Shown one piece after another: positions 22,201 through 32,433 of a DNA stretch of 64,000 bases. Under the pieces are notes generated by a model that saw nothing but the letters and a program-made list of their open reading frames with translations, searched no databases and had not been told where the DNA came from. The DNA is from a virus (taxonomy: Duplodnaviria > Caudoviricetes), in the IMG/VR virus record IMGVR_UViG_3300020577_003313. One strand, given 5' to 3'. How positions within the stretch are numbered: position 1 is the stretch's first letter; each line of letters begins with the position of its first letter. The translations under genes were made by a program, and so were the position numbers.

Positions 22201-23930
22201 ACTCCTATAACACTCCATATTCAGTAGTTGGAACGTTAGCTGAGAACGAAATTAGAGCCTACATTATAGATCCTACTGTATCCCTATATACTGATACAGA
22301 AATAAATAGTGATTCTCCAATATCAGTAACTACTAACTTCGCATATGTTAGATATGCTTATGGCCAGCAAGAGCTAAGCACAAACAATACTTCTGTAGTT
22401 TATGAGTATGGATCTCAACATGTAAAAGAATACAATCCTCCGTCTGAAGGATACAAAGCTCCTATGACGCAGGCTATTGCTAATAATTTACCTCAGTGGC
22501 TAAAGCTCAGACAGGATGTGACATCTACTGGATGGATGTTAGTCAATAGCTGGGCTCAAAACCTAGAAGAAGTACTTGACGAAGTCAAGTTAAATGTTCC
22601 AAATAAGTTTGTATCTTCTTCAGATACATCTTTAAAGAATCTAGTAAATTACTTTGATATAACAAACGAAGAGCTCCTCGATAACAGAGTCAAGGATAAT
22701 CTTCTGTTTAATACAGACTTTACAATTAGCTCTCCTGCTAGATACGAGCTACCAGCCGGTTGGTCTGACTATGCTACAACAACCGACTATATTCAGCTAT
22801 CACTAAACAAGCCATTCATTACTGCCAACAGTATAAAGGCAACAGGGTCCGGAAAGTTTGGACAAACAGCATACCTAGATAATGCTCAAATCAAAGATTT
22901 GACGGCTAGTATTTATCTCTTGTCTAATGCAGAGAACACTGTTATAAAACTTCTAACAAGCATAGAAATGCTTGACGGATCAATACTTCATAAGCAGTCT
23001 CTGGTCACTACAAGATCTGCTGAATGGAGAAGACTGACTCACACAGTGCCTGTGAATGGTCAGGTGTATAGAGTACAGTTTATGGTGTTTACTGATTGCT
23101 CAGATACAGTTTACTTCAATGCTCCAAAACTAGAGGCGTCTAGTTTTGCTACTAAGTGGTCAGCAGGACCTACAGACTACCTGCCATATCTAACTAGCTC
23201 TAGCATTTTCAATGCTGTCTATGTAATAGGCAATGAAAGTACCAGCAATAAGAAGATACCGCTCTATCCTATTTCTTCCGAAGAAGAGTTCCTCAGAATA
23301 GATGTTCCTACCAGAATCGAAAAATTTGTAGTCTCTAACCCAGAAGATCTCTATCCTTTTACTACTGATGTAAAGGGAAGAAAGATATCCTACTTCAATG
23401 AAATATTTGATGTCCGCTGGGTTGTCGAAGATGACAAAGTTAAGATGAAGTCTTATGGTATAAACCAGTTTGACACTTTCAGAGAACTAGGTATAAGAGA
23501 TCTATCCTTTGATGAAGGCGTTAAGTATGGCACATATCTTGAGAACAACCTAACTACTAAGCCTTTGCTTAGTTGTATCAAGGGAAACAAGCTATATGTT
23601 CTCTGCTTAGAAACCTATTATGGGTACAGCAAATATGTAGTTAAGATTGTCGAAGCTGTAGAACCTCTACAGGACAGAGATTATCTTGAATCACTCATAG
23701 ACTTTGATCTAGACCTACCTCTCAATCAGGGTCAATTTTTTAACGAGAGCGAAGAAAGCCCGGTCACTCTAGCTTTCTCAGAAGTAGATCCAACTTGTAT
23801 GGTCGTGACGACTAACCTCTCACGTCAATTTTATTACAAGTTGCACTTCGATTACTACTTCTATGCCTCAGCCGCAAATAGAGTATACACAATAGAGTCT
23901 TACAACGAATCTAAGATTCAGGTAATGTAA
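19227..23930 (+). CDS. Virion protein with DUF6259-like glycoside-hydrolase-type domain, CBM-like domain and baseplate-attachment region
   Basis: The N-terminal ~1000 aa carry LWEL, GFIYYAMDP, QFYFDTAG..CYAESH..HP.AG, FFEHICD and PIFTTIYGD motifs, resembling DUF6259 GH-like proteins. NLLFNTDF..PAGW..SAEWRRLTHT..YFNAPKLE resembles a CBM4/9-like jelly roll. Confidence 0.55.
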   Translation: MIITKNTVGASPVRGGSFLSQKGFASRRPTVSTSNAEKNYSTLSRSPDNTTVFRLFNTEAEFIFEYDPITGVRLSKFRSNDDDTYFINHSRKLWELCIRRQTVVDVPTNYVFVDKYFVRPTRATFSVPSVIPVSTSEGKTFVFRWKDVPYNYKNRTKTCSVSLTAFLPKGSPYLEMSVSVEANHAISSKDVDVCISAVGMPSLSLRKRGANQSQDYISLPITEGSTILDPIKRLAAPRFDEESFQFNENATKTYLGAGLPGNPLVRTLKRGNFGSPGQMSVPLIIFGNRTDKRGFIYYAMDPDLLHSKQFQYFSDGYSMHIRTYDISDHEIDPYGMGGKVSYENVSYPSPVLAYGNRKNTIGWKVRIRPYTSPTIWGDWYATTLYKKEVVPELEASGVIPKSFKERYLSGYLDKRDSEVPFIAVHYGYLSGSVTPSLSGNSYLQNLYKDATYPSTQQSPKVITHFQPVSLNNLENTGSIYYGWEQWASKNPISTKGQFLSPDISGFNNNFASIVSTMQASGQSLSVYTMWPFLISSGSNWTRTHSGMDLITKSPINQSKTFTTGDYKYYLVDNQQTIATGEVFSCCIAPTLYYDKHVEISRDMSNSGLMQFYFDTAGAWSRGCYAESHQYYHTGLARTVSLKHPRAGTSHYFNRLQYKAFTGARGATLANRSANWPDVSGSVFNPSFFEHICDANIPVTDGSLLYNPTSAIYATYFSPLSLTNPLWSGSPRGDAIWGSLGTVYYNVVAIEPPNWLQTNPIFTTIYGDRQFISDWFNASIGNHLLMSGACWPTEPAGTTSIYGYPDSRIPNDSGRYYQNKNWVASRINMLPRITATYQYRDYSGIDSRWVPATPEMSGAMNAPVWSGMQQFTRSICRLLAYAPDHMYHGYAEHPLESWTVGNDASAYGPRVYRSTRIPNASGWLRGDDKVIHGVRRHHSNDSVVLWIANWTSGSAFFSGSFDPAAYEFESGYGVTQIDLSDTGNGTLSNFGLYSYNTPYSVVGTLAENEIRAYIIDPTVSLYTDTEINSDSPISVTTNFAYVRYAYGQQELSTNNTSVVYEYGSQHVKEYNPPSEGYKAPMTQAIANNLPQWLKLRQDVTSTGWMLVNSWAQNLEEVLDEVKLNVPNKFVSSSDTSLKNLVNYFDITNEELLDNRVKDNLLFNTDFTISSPARYELPAGWSDYATTTDYIQLSLNKPFITANSIKATGSGKFGQTAYLDNAQIKDLTASIYLLSNAENTVIKLLTSIEMLDGSILHKQSLVTTRSAEWRRLTHTVPVNGQVYRVQFMVFTDCSDTVYFNAPKLEASSFATKWSAGPTDYLPYLTSSSIFNAVYVIGNESTSNKKIPLYPISSEEEFLRIDVPTRIEKFVVSNPEDLYPFTTDVKGRKISYFNEIFDVRWVVEDDKVKMKSYGINQFDTFRELGIRDLSFDEGVKYGTYLENNLTTKPLLSCIKGNKLYVLCLETYYGYSKYVVKIVEAVEPLQDRDYLESLIDFDLDLPLNQGQFFNESEESPVTLAFSEVDPTCMVVTTNLSRQFYYKLHFDYYFYASAANRVYTIESYNESKIQVM

Positions 23931-26386
23931 TGCCATTCAAGAACATATCTGACCACGCTCCTACAGGAGTGAGCCACACAAAAGTATCTAGCAATAGCTA
24001 TGATCCAGTCTACGGGAGAAACACTCCATACCCATACAGATTCTCTGTGTATGTAAACAAAATTCCAGAGACGGACGGATCACAGTCTGTAGTTGAATAT
24101 AGAATTCCTGGAGATTTAGTCGGCAATAGACTTTACTTGTGGCATAGACCTCTAACCACAGCCGCTGGTACTGTAACTAGTATCACGGTTTCAAATGGTA
24201 CACTAGATACTACAGCGACTAACGCTAAGCAAGGTTATATAGTTTTCTCTACACTGCCTACTGTAAACTTTACAGTATCTTATGTAGCTGCTCCGGACTG
24301 CATTAGTGCAGTCCACATCAATTCATTGCAAGACGATGTGATGGAGCTTCAGAAGTCGGTCGGACCGGCGAACCTAACAGGATGGCCTGGATTAAAGAAT
24401 CTTAGCTACGGTATTTTTGATACTCCTGTTGATGCCAACCTGACTGGTGTAGCAACTAGATCTGTATACCTTTCTCACCTAAACCAAAATATTGTCATTG
24501 GCTCAACCAATGATGCATCTTTAGTCGCAAGCTTAGGCACTCAGCACAATATCCAGTTAGGTCGCGCAACTGACTCCTTGACTGTAGATGTTACTGGGTT
24601 AACTATAACCCAGAGCAATGCGCTTTACTCAACTAGAATACAGCTAGGAACGAGAACTGGAGATAACCTAACATATAAGGGAACTCTTTCTGGGGCAGGA
24701 CCTCTTATTGTCGGCGGACCTGAATGGTCAATTTACTCTGGAGTTGTATTCAGTACAGCACTAACTGGTAGCTTCTATAGTGGTTCAATGCTTCGTATTC
24801 ATGGCGATGCCTCATTCATGGGTAACGTCAAGGCATACGGAAACATAACGATTGTTAATACAACAGGAACCACGTCAACAGTAATGGGTGACTGGACTGT
24901 AAGAGATGAACTATTCGTAGATGGCGCGACTCATTTAAATGGAGACACAGACACTAACAGACTAGAGGTTAACAACCACCTCTATGTAGACGGCAACATT
25001 ATACTAAATAACCAGATTGGTTCCAGCAATGGCCAGTCTTTAGTAGATAACCTAGACCCGTCTGAAATAGCTGTAAGCTATAAAACTGTAACTAAGAAAA
25101 GACTTCCATATTCAGTAGTAGACGGATGCTTTAACTTATCTCAAGTCAGTCCTAAACTGACGGCATATTCTCCGTTCTATTCTCTGAGCGGTAATAAATT
25201 AGCTGGCGATCTCTTTACCATAACTGGTAAAGTAAATGCTGCTTCTGGTCCTTCTGGAGAACACCCAAACGTCATCCAGCTAAATCTAAACAGCAAGATA
25301 GTTTCTGGAACTTATATAGGCACTACTGGAACTTTAGATGGAGTTTGGTGCCCTGGATTAATGAATCCAGGAGATATGTGGATCTATATCACACAAGGTC
25401 AGGCTGCTGGATTTAACGCTCCTATCTACGGCTATACTTTCCAAACCGGAAACTTACAGTACTGCCTAGGTCTGAACGTTATGGTTCCTGAACTAGTTGA
25501 GCCAAGACCTACTACAAACGATGTAGCCCTAATCTACAATCCCAATAACATACCTTATAACTTCGTAGGAGCAGCCGGTGGAGCTTCTCCTACTTTCCAA
25601 GTTTCTGGTTCTGCTACGTTCCCATTCAAGGTAGCGTTTGATGACGAAGTCAGAGTAATGACTTCTAATACCGCTAATATTTCACTATCGACTGCATTGT
25701 CCAGATCTATATCCGGACAGCCAGGAACTGTGCAAACTGGTATAGCTTATATCTTTGCAGCACTTACTGGAACGGATCCAGAGAATCCGCCAATGTTCAA
25801 AGCAAGACCAGTTCCTTTCAGAATGCCTGGAGAAACTGTCATAGGAGAAGTAGTTGCTTCCTGGAACGGAAGCTCATGGTCTGTACTAGATACTGTATCC
25901 TATAGACCAGGCGGAGTGTACGATTCTTGCTGGATGCCAATCCTTGGCTCAGTAGGAGTAACTCAGCATTCTGGTAGATTCATTCCTCAGTTAGCTACAA
26001 CTGGTAATCCAGTAAACATTTACTTCCAGCATCAACTAGGTCCAGATTTAAACCTATCTATGTCTAACATAGATCTGTATCTAGGTAAGTTCTCTACAAC
26101 GGGAATCAACACTGGATTCAGTGCGACAGTAACTGATCTATTCTCCTTTGCGGGAATGGACAGTAGAGCAGGATTTGGTAATGGAGGGTTCTTAAGAGTA
26201 CCGCTTAACGGAGCTAGAACAAGCGCGTCTAGCTCTGCTAGAGATGCTTCTATCTTCTACTTGGATGGTAAGCTAATAGGTCTACAGCTTACTCCAGGAC
26301 TTATAGACGGAATACAAACTGGATCAGGATCCTCCGTTGGTCCGACGTTTGATCATCTTAGACTAGTAATGAGAAGAGATGTCTGA
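23930..26386 (+). CDS. Tail fibre / baseplate-associated fibre protein
   Basis: ISAVHINSLQDDVMELQKSVG trimerisation-like helix, followed by beta-stack repeats (GDWTVRDELFVDGATHLNG..LEVNNHLYVDGNI). Confidence 0.55.
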   Translation: MPFKNISDHAPTGVSHTKVSSNSYDPVYGRNTPYPYRFSVYVNKIPETDGSQSVVEYRIPGDLVGNRLYLWHRPLTTAAGTVTSITVSNGTLDTTATNAKQGYIVFSTLPTVNFTVSYVAAPDCISAVHINSLQDDVMELQKSVGPANLTGWPGLKNLSYGIFDTPVDANLTGVATRSVYLSHLNQNIVIGSTNDASLVASLGTQHNIQLGRATDSLTVDVTGLTITQSNALYSTRIQLGTRTGDNLTYKGTLSGAGPLIVGGPEWSIYSGVVFSTALTGSFYSGSMLRIHGDASFMGNVKAYGNITIVNTTGTTSTVMGDWTVRDELFVDGATHLNGDTDTNRLEVNNHLYVDGNIILNNQIGSSNGQSLVDNLDPSEIAVSYKTVTKKRLPYSVVDGCFNLSQVSPKLTAYSPFYSLSGNKLAGDLFTITGKVNAASGPSGEHPNVIQLNLNSKIVSGTYIGTTGTLDGVWCPGLMNPGDMWIYITQGQAAGFNAPIYGYTFQTGNLQYCLGLNVMVPELVEPRPTTNDVALIYNPNNIPYNFVGAAGGASPTFQVSGSATFPFKVAFDDEVRVMTSNTANISLSTALSRSISGQPGTVQTGIAYIFAALTGTDPENPPMFKARPVPFRMPGETVIGEVVASWNGSSWSVLDTVSYRPGGVYDSCWMPILGSVGVTQHSGRFIPQLATTGNPVNIYFQHQLGPDLNLSMSNIDLYLGKFSTTGINTGFSATVTDLFSFAGMDSRAGFGNGGFLRVPLNGARTSASSSARDASIFYLDGKLIGLQLTPGLIDGIQTGSGSSVGPTFDHLRLVMRRDV

Positions 26387-26389
26387 TAA

Positions 26390-28984
26390 ATGTCAATACC
26401 AAATTGTGCAGGTAGATTTCCGCCGCTTTGCTCTACTTCGTTACCAGAAGTAACGAACTATGACTATGAAACAAATCCCTCTACAAGAGGGATAGAAGAT
26501 AGAAATTTTCGCTGGCAAGAAGTTTTCGTAGAAGCAAATTGGCTCTTCCTAGAGGCCACGGCCAGTGGCCAATTAGAGTATTCTCCATTGTCGGCCACGC
26601 TGACGGGACAATCTGGCCAACTAACAATTACCTACCCAACTACTTCCTACACAGGCTTTAGTGGTTGGATTTTAACCGGGGGCTATACTACACTAGTAGG
26701 GTACTCTGGTTCCTATTTCTATTCCGGAAATCTAACTGGCTATACAGGCCAAGGTTTCTGGGCCAATCCAATTGAAGGAAACCAATCAGTAGGTCTGTGG
26801 TGTAACAGTTCTAATATACCCAAGATACAGTCGCACGACCTTCTAAACAATCCTTCTGGAGTTCAGAATAACCAAAGTCACCAAGTATATCTACAGGCTT
26901 ATGCAAATAAATACACTGGAGCTACGCCAAGGCTGAAGGCTTATGTTCAAGCATTCACAGGATCCACCACGCTAGGCTATTATGATCCAATCAGCAAGCA
27001 CTGGTCTCTCACTTTACCTACTGGATCATTCTCTGTCTCTACAAGTACCTACACGGAAATCAAATACACATTCTCTCCGGCGAGCTTGCCATTTGCTAAT
27101 CCAACAAGCTATAAGCTGGTAGTAGAGAACATTGTCACTGGGTCATTTGTGACTGTAGATGATTTGCATGTTGATCAATACCTAGAGAAAGATCCGTTCA
27201 TGGATTACATTATCCCAACAGGATACATGATCCAAATCAGCCCGGACTTAGGATGGCATAATCCTGTTGCTCTTTTCGAGAGCAATAGCCAGGGACTACA
27301 GAATCCTTACATAAAAACACTAGGTCCATACTTAGTCGATTACGGTAATTTAGCTGATAATCTAGATACCTCAGTTACAGCAACTATAGACTCTGGAGAC
27401 TTCGCGTCTTCTGTCGTGTCTTCTTATGGTAAATATCTTTGGAGAGCCATACCAATATCACCAAACGGTGATATAGGTAAGGGAGGAATGCCAGAGAAAT
27501 TTGAGTACATCGGTTCTAGAATAGAGAAAGAATTTGAAGTTCTAGAAGTTAGAGAAGACCCTGCTTCTCCTATCAAGATTATTACAGGTAAGAGAACTAA
27601 TAGAATTAGGGTTTTAGTTAACAGTATAGAGAATCATCCAGCCCTAGAGTATCCAAGTGATAACACTTGGAAGCTCTCTTATTATGTCGGAGGAGCTAAG
27701 GAAGTTATTTACTTGCAAGGTAAAGACAAGGGCGGAGCGTTAACTACTAAACGTTACATTGAGCTTTCAAATGAAAGCCACGAGCTTGCGTCACAAGCTG
27801 TTTGGAACGTTTTTGATGAGCACGGATTGCTTCTAGATCTTAAGAGACTACCAGGCGAAAGCAACATCTCTTACAAGAAGAGATTAATGGATGTCACCAA
27901 GAATAGAGGCGGGGCTTCTTATCAGGGAGTAGCCAATAGCTCTACTAGAGAAATAGGATTAAAGAAGATAGAAGATGGCATAGTTCTTTCTATGCCTAAG
28001 AACTCAACAAACACAAGTCTTAATAAGATACTTAGTGTAGAGTTTGGATCAGCTAGCTTTAATATAAGAACACCTGAGATGATTATCTCAGAAACTGTAT
28101 ATGTAGATCCAGTTTATGGAACAGCTAGTTTGTCTAAAAAGATAATAGAGAACCCTGTATTCGCTGTAACTACTGACGGAATACAAGTTCCACTCACAAG
28201 CTGCTCTGTATATATTGACGAGGACCATCCCTCTCTCAGTCAAATATTTGTAGATCACGATACTGCTTGTGGTAAGTACATAACTGTTACATATAAGTAT
28301 TCTGAGCAGCTAACATATAAAGATTACCCAACACTAGCCGAGCTAGTTACTGCTATTGACGGGCTAACGGATCATGCTGGAAATAAACTAGTAGACGTTA
28401 CTCTGAGCATGCAATTAAGTGGCAACGAAGATTGCCTAGGACTCTTTATTATCTCCGGAGGAGTAACAGGCACTAATTCTCTATCCGTAGCTTGGACTCC
28501 AATCAAGCTTAGAAGAATATCCGATAAGGCTTTCAGAGAATACTTTGAAACAGAAGACCATACATTCAGAGAAACAAGATTCCAAGAATATGTAAGTGAG
28601 CTTATTTCTAATTCCAGAACACTCTGGGGAAATATAGAAGCCGACAGAGACTACTGGGATGCAGTAGATTCTACTGTAGATTCCTTTGACTATCTACCGA
28701 CTGTATTTGACCCAGACATTGCAAGATTCTACCTAAGCGGAGAGAATCAATATATTGATAGTATCAGGGCATGGGGTAGATCTTTTGTCGGAGACAACAA
28801 GGAAATCATGTTTAACAATGGCCTAGAACATACTCTATTCCATCCGGGCGTGGCTCATACTAATGATCTTATGCCAGACATTCATGCTACATACTTAAAA
28901 TCTATTGATCCAACGGCTCAAAGAACTAACATATCCGTAGAAATGAATGACAATAATATAGTCCTCTTCTCAGGTCAACGCTAG
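26390..28984 (+). CDS. Baseplate wedge protein (gpI/tail-I-like motif) with beta-sandwich extensions
   Basis: FDEHGLLLDLKRLPGESNISYKKRL..GGASYQG is a wedge-type motif; N-terminal (S/T)G-rich and CBM/FN3-like region. Confidence 0.6.
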   Translation: MSIPNCAGRFPPLCSTSLPEVTNYDYETNPSTRGIEDRNFRWQEVFVEANWLFLEATASGQLEYSPLSATLTGQSGQLTITYPTTSYTGFSGWILTGGYTTLVGYSGSYFYSGNLTGYTGQGFWANPIEGNQSVGLWCNSSNIPKIQSHDLLNNPSGVQNNQSHQVYLQAYANKYTGATPRLKAYVQAFTGSTTLGYYDPISKHWSLTLPTGSFSVSTSTYTEIKYTFSPASLPFANPTSYKLVVENIVTGSFVTVDDLHVDQYLEKDPFMDYIIPTGYMIQISPDLGWHNPVALFESNSQGLQNPYIKTLGPYLVDYGNLADNLDTSVTATIDSGDFASSVVSSYGKYLWRAIPISPNGDIGKGGMPEKFEYIGSRIEKEFEVLEVREDPASPIKIITGKRTNRIRVLVNSIENHPALEYPSDNTWKLSYYVGGAKEVIYLQGKDKGGALTTKRYIELSNESHELASQAVWNVFDEHGLLLDLKRLPGESNISYKKRLMDVTKNRGGASYQGVANSSTREIGLKKIEDGIVLSMPKNSTNTSLNKILSVEFGSASFNIRTPEMIISETVYVDPVYGTASLSKKIIENPVFAVTTDGIQVPLTSCSVYIDEDHPSLSQIFVDHDTACGKYITVTYKYSEQLTYKDYPTLAELVTAIDGLTDHAGNKLVDVTLSMQLSGNEDCLGLFIISGGVTGTNSLSVAWTPIKLRRISDKAFREYFETEDHTFRETRFQEYVSELISNSRTLWGNIEADRDYWDAVDSTVDSFDYLPTVFDPDIARFYLSGENQYIDSIRAWGRSFVGDNKEIMFNNGLEHTLFHPGVAHTNDLMPDIHATYLKSIDPTAQRTNISVEMNDNNIVLFSGQR

Positions 28985-31900
28985 TGGTCACATATATCTA
29001 CAATGTCAGTCAGTCTGGAAACTACACGACTATCCAGCACGCGATAAATAATATACAAAGTGAGCTCGTATTAGAGACTCCTACTCAAGACATTGTAATT
29101 AATGTAGATGATGGAGCATACCCTGGATTCAGAATCCCAGACGGCGCTCTGTTCCCACTGATGGGAACTGTGTTCAGGCTGATCATTAGATCAGCCGGTA
29201 ATTTCTTTCCTATCATAGACTTCAATGAATCTACAGAAGATTACTATGTGGGAGCAGACATTGGAACCTCTAACCCCAATGTAACTATAGAGAAGCTCAG
29301 ATTTCAATTTTTTGCGGTAGGTGTTAGAGCATCACTAAACTGTCACAACCTAAAGATTTCTAAATGTATTGTAGCGAACAATAGAAACTGCGGGATACTA
29401 GTTGACCAGTGCGATAACATTCAAGTACTTCAGAATATAGTCACTAACGGTGACTTTGGCATAGTCACAAGACTATGCAAGAACATAGCTCTAATACACA
29501 ACAGCGTCTTTCTGAACGGATCAATCTCTACTACAGTAGGCAAAGCAACTTCAGCCATATGGTGTCAGTTAGCTAAAGACTACGGAAGAAGTGAAAAAGG
29601 AAAGCTATACCTGGTAGGAAATATAGCTTGGAACTTAATAGGTTCTACCTTGTCCCTATTCATAGACGATGTAGAATCGGTGGATACCGTCTATTCTAAC
29701 TACAATGACTTCGTTGTAGGCAACAAAGATAAATTCATATCCTTAGAAGACTCTTCTTTTTATGCTGGGGCTAATGCTAAACCAAGAAGATACTATAAGA
29801 CTTTGTCTGAATGGAAACCTCTTGGCTATGACAGCAACTCTATTTCAGAAGATCCAAAGTTCTTTGTTCCTCTCAAAGTCTCTAGCTCTACTAGAAAAAA
29901 TGCGATAGATCTTAATCTGTTAACGATTAGTCCATGTCTAGGAAAAGTTCCTAACTTTTCTAGGAACACAGCAGCAGCAGCTTTATGGCTGCCTTCCTAT
30001 GTAGATAGTGCAGACTTAGATACAGACATTCTAGGTAACTCTAGATCTCAGTACCTAACTGCAATAGGAGCTAATGAAAAAGAATCAAACTCAGGGTTCT
30101 TCGGTCAAGATATCCTTAGCATTCCAATAGAGGACTTAACTGCTTCTTCGTGTGGAGTAGATCCTCTATTTGATGTAATCCAAAGAAAACTTGACCTTTG
30201 GTATCCAAAGTATAAGGCTGGGTATTTCTATAGCTACGATAGATCTTTCTATCTCTATTCAAGAAAAAAGTGCGTAACTCTTGGATACCTATCTAGAACT
30301 GAATTTATTCTTCCTTCCAGAGTAGATATACATAAGCCTGTTGTTCTAAAAGTGAACGGACTGGATGTGACCAACCCTAATTACTACGACGTAATAAGCA
30401 ACACATTTGTACTCTACCATTTAAACCTACCAATAAACAGTTTAAACGAAGAGATAGAAATCAGCTATTCTGTATCTAGTTGGTCTGATAATGGGTTCAT
30501 TAGTACACCAACTTATGTAAGATTTAAGATCAGCGAAGGCAAGACTAGATTCTTCTTAGAATCTGACTACGTAGCTAAGGGTCCTGTTGTAATAACAGAT
30601 GACTTCGCAAGTCCCACGGATAAAGATCTTTATTCAAATAAAGAGTTCTCAATTGATTGGGACTACGATGTACAAAGAGCGGAAATAAAGTTTGCTCAAA
30701 ACTCTAATAAGGTAATAAACAGTCAATTTGACTATTCTCAATCTGGTATATATCCTCTATACTGGAGCACTACTGGTTCATCTATAACTACTGGTACACA
30801 TCTTTTGTACCCAGTTTGTGGATCTTTTATGTGCTCTCTTGAGCACAACGGATATATTGAACAGCAGCTTCCAGCACATTCTGGGGAAGCTACTTTAAGT
30901 TTTTATGCGGCAAGAACTGGAGATAGCTCTAGAGTTTCTTATGCTTTATCTTTCTATGACTCCTTCAACAGAGACTTAGGTTATGTAGTGACAGGATCCT
31001 TAGATCCTGGATTAACTTGGAATAGATATTACGTGACCCTAGGAACTACAGGTTCGACTATAAATCAAACCTCTCCAGATGATTACCCGCACGCATATCT
31101 ACAGCACTTTCCAGTTCCTGAAAATGCTAGCAAAATGCTAGCAAGATTTACTTCGTCTGGACTTAGTATGCTAGACGCCGTGCAGTATGAATATGCTTCA
31201 ACTCCTTCTTCCTATCACAGAAGAAATCTACTGGGCGAGTTTACAGTAGAATATGAAACAAGTGACGATGAATATTTTGTAGACTACAACAGAGCAATGG
31301 CTTCTTCTATGTCTACTGTTAATGATGGATTCCTATACATCCCGGAGATCCCGGCATCGGCATATGGCGGACCTATATCTCCTTCTATTACTACATTCTA
31401 TGAGTGGAGATGGAGAGATGGCAGAACCAATTATATTCCATGGGCTAGACTTTATGGTAAAGACAAGTTAAGATTTAGAACTATATTCCACCAGTATCCT
31501 CAACCTAGACCTCCGGTCTCTACTCCTGTTCTCTTTACTCCAAGTGTAAAGGCAATAGACATCATTCCGTCTGCGCCTATTGTACTACAGGGCAGCGAAG
31601 ATCCGGTTCAGATTAATGTTGTAATCACAGACGAAGATAACAACCCATTTACAAATGCGAGCTGCAACCTTATTGTAAGTGACTACCAAGGGGAATACCC
31701 AGGACTCTTGCATAAGAAACTGTATGGAACTAAGGAACAGCTAGGTCAGGCAATATATGGTAAAACGAATAGTGCAGGTTCAGTAGTCACTTACTGGCTA
31801 CCACCTGATAAGGTGGATTGCTTAATAAGCACAACTACTCCTATACCATCTTCGTTCTCAGAGAATGGACAAAAAATGTCTTACATTAAGACCAAGTATC

Positions 31901-32433
31901 CAGTTAATCTAGATTACTTTGGTAATGTAATTATTCTCGACGAATCTGGTAATAAATTGCCGGTCAATTCCACTGTGGTAGAAAAGAATGTATTCTCTAC
32001 TACTAAGAAAGGAACATATGTAGTAGTCAAACTTGCATACCCAGCTGTGCCAGGATCTGTAGTTGTTTCTATTGACGGGACCGAGTTCATAGAAACTCAG
32101 AACGCTAATCCAGAATCTAATCAATTTTTTGTAGACTATGAAAACTCTGTAGTTACTATTAACAGTTCTGCTCTTCAGGTATATATTGAATACTTACCTT
32201 CTTATGTGTTTGTCAATAGAGCAAATCAGAATGTAATAGTTATTTACCACGATAAAGTTTTTGGCTCCTACACAGGAGCCATCACTGTCGGGTACGATTT
32301 TGTTGTAACGCTAACCGTTAAGGTTACAGATTACTCGGAGCCAAGCCTGAAGAGTAAAACGTTCGACTTAATAGCCGCTAACTGTTTGACTAGCGAGACA
32401 GATCCTGACTCAACGACCTATCTGGATATCTAA
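28984..32433 (+). CDS. Virion protein with right-handed beta-helix (pectin-lyase-like), CBM-like and Ig-like domains
   Basis: GNYTTIQHAIN...INVDDGAY cap, Asn/Cys ladder repeats, SISEDPKF..LTISPCL..TDILGNSR..IGANE tail; NKVINSQFD CBM-like start; DEDNNP..GKTNSAG Ig-like segment. GTG start overlaps TAG. Confidence 0.7.
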   Translation: MVTYIYNVSQSGNYTTIQHAINNIQSELVLETPTQDIVINVDDGAYPGFRIPDGALFPLMGTVFRLIIRSAGNFFPIIDFNESTEDYYVGADIGTSNPNVTIEKLRFQFFAVGVRASLNCHNLKISKCIVANNRNCGILVDQCDNIQVLQNIVTNGDFGIVTRLCKNIALIHNSVFLNGSISTTVGKATSAIWCQLAKDYGRSEKGKLYLVGNIAWNLIGSTLSLFIDDVESVDTVYSNYNDFVVGNKDKFISLEDSSFYAGANAKPRRYYKTLSEWKPLGYDSNSISEDPKFFVPLKVSSSTRKNAIDLNLLTISPCLGKVPNFSRNTAAAALWLPSYVDSADLDTDILGNSRSQYLTAIGANEKESNSGFFGQDILSIPIEDLTASSCGVDPLFDVIQRKLDLWYPKYKAGYFYSYDRSFYLYSRKKCVTLGYLSRTEFILPSRVDIHKPVVLKVNGLDVTNPNYYDVISNTFVLYHLNLPINSLNEEIEISYSVSSWSDNGFISTPTYVRFKISEGKTRFFLESDYVAKGPVVITDDFASPTDKDLYSNKEFSIDWDYDVQRAEIKFAQNSNKVINSQFDYSQSGIYPLYWSTTGSSITTGTHLLYPVCGSFMCSLEHNGYIEQQLPAHSGEATLSFYAARTGDSSRVSYALSFYDSFNRDLGYVVTGSLDPGLTWNRYYVTLGTTGSTINQTSPDDYPHAYLQHFPVPENASKMLARFTSSGLSMLDAVQYEYASTPSSYHRRNLLGEFTVEYETSDDEYFVDYNRAMASSMSTVNDGFLYIPEIPASAYGGPISPSITTFYEWRWRDGRTNYIPWARLYGKDKLRFRTIFHQYPQPRPPVSTPVLFTPSVKAIDIIPSAPIVLQGSEDPVQINVVITDEDNNPFTNASCNLIVSDYQGEYPGLLHKKLYGTKEQLGQAIYGKTNSAGSVVTYWLPPDKVDCLISTTTPIPSSFSENGQKMSYIKTKYPVNLDYFGNVIILDESGNKLPVNSTVVEKNVFSTTKKGTYVVVKLAYPAVPGSVVVSIDGTEFIETQNANPESNQFFVDYENSVVTINSSALQVYIEYLPSYVFVNRANQNVIVIYHDKVFGSYTGAITVGYDFVVTLTVKVTDYSEPSLKSKTFDLIAANCLTSETDPDSTTYLDI

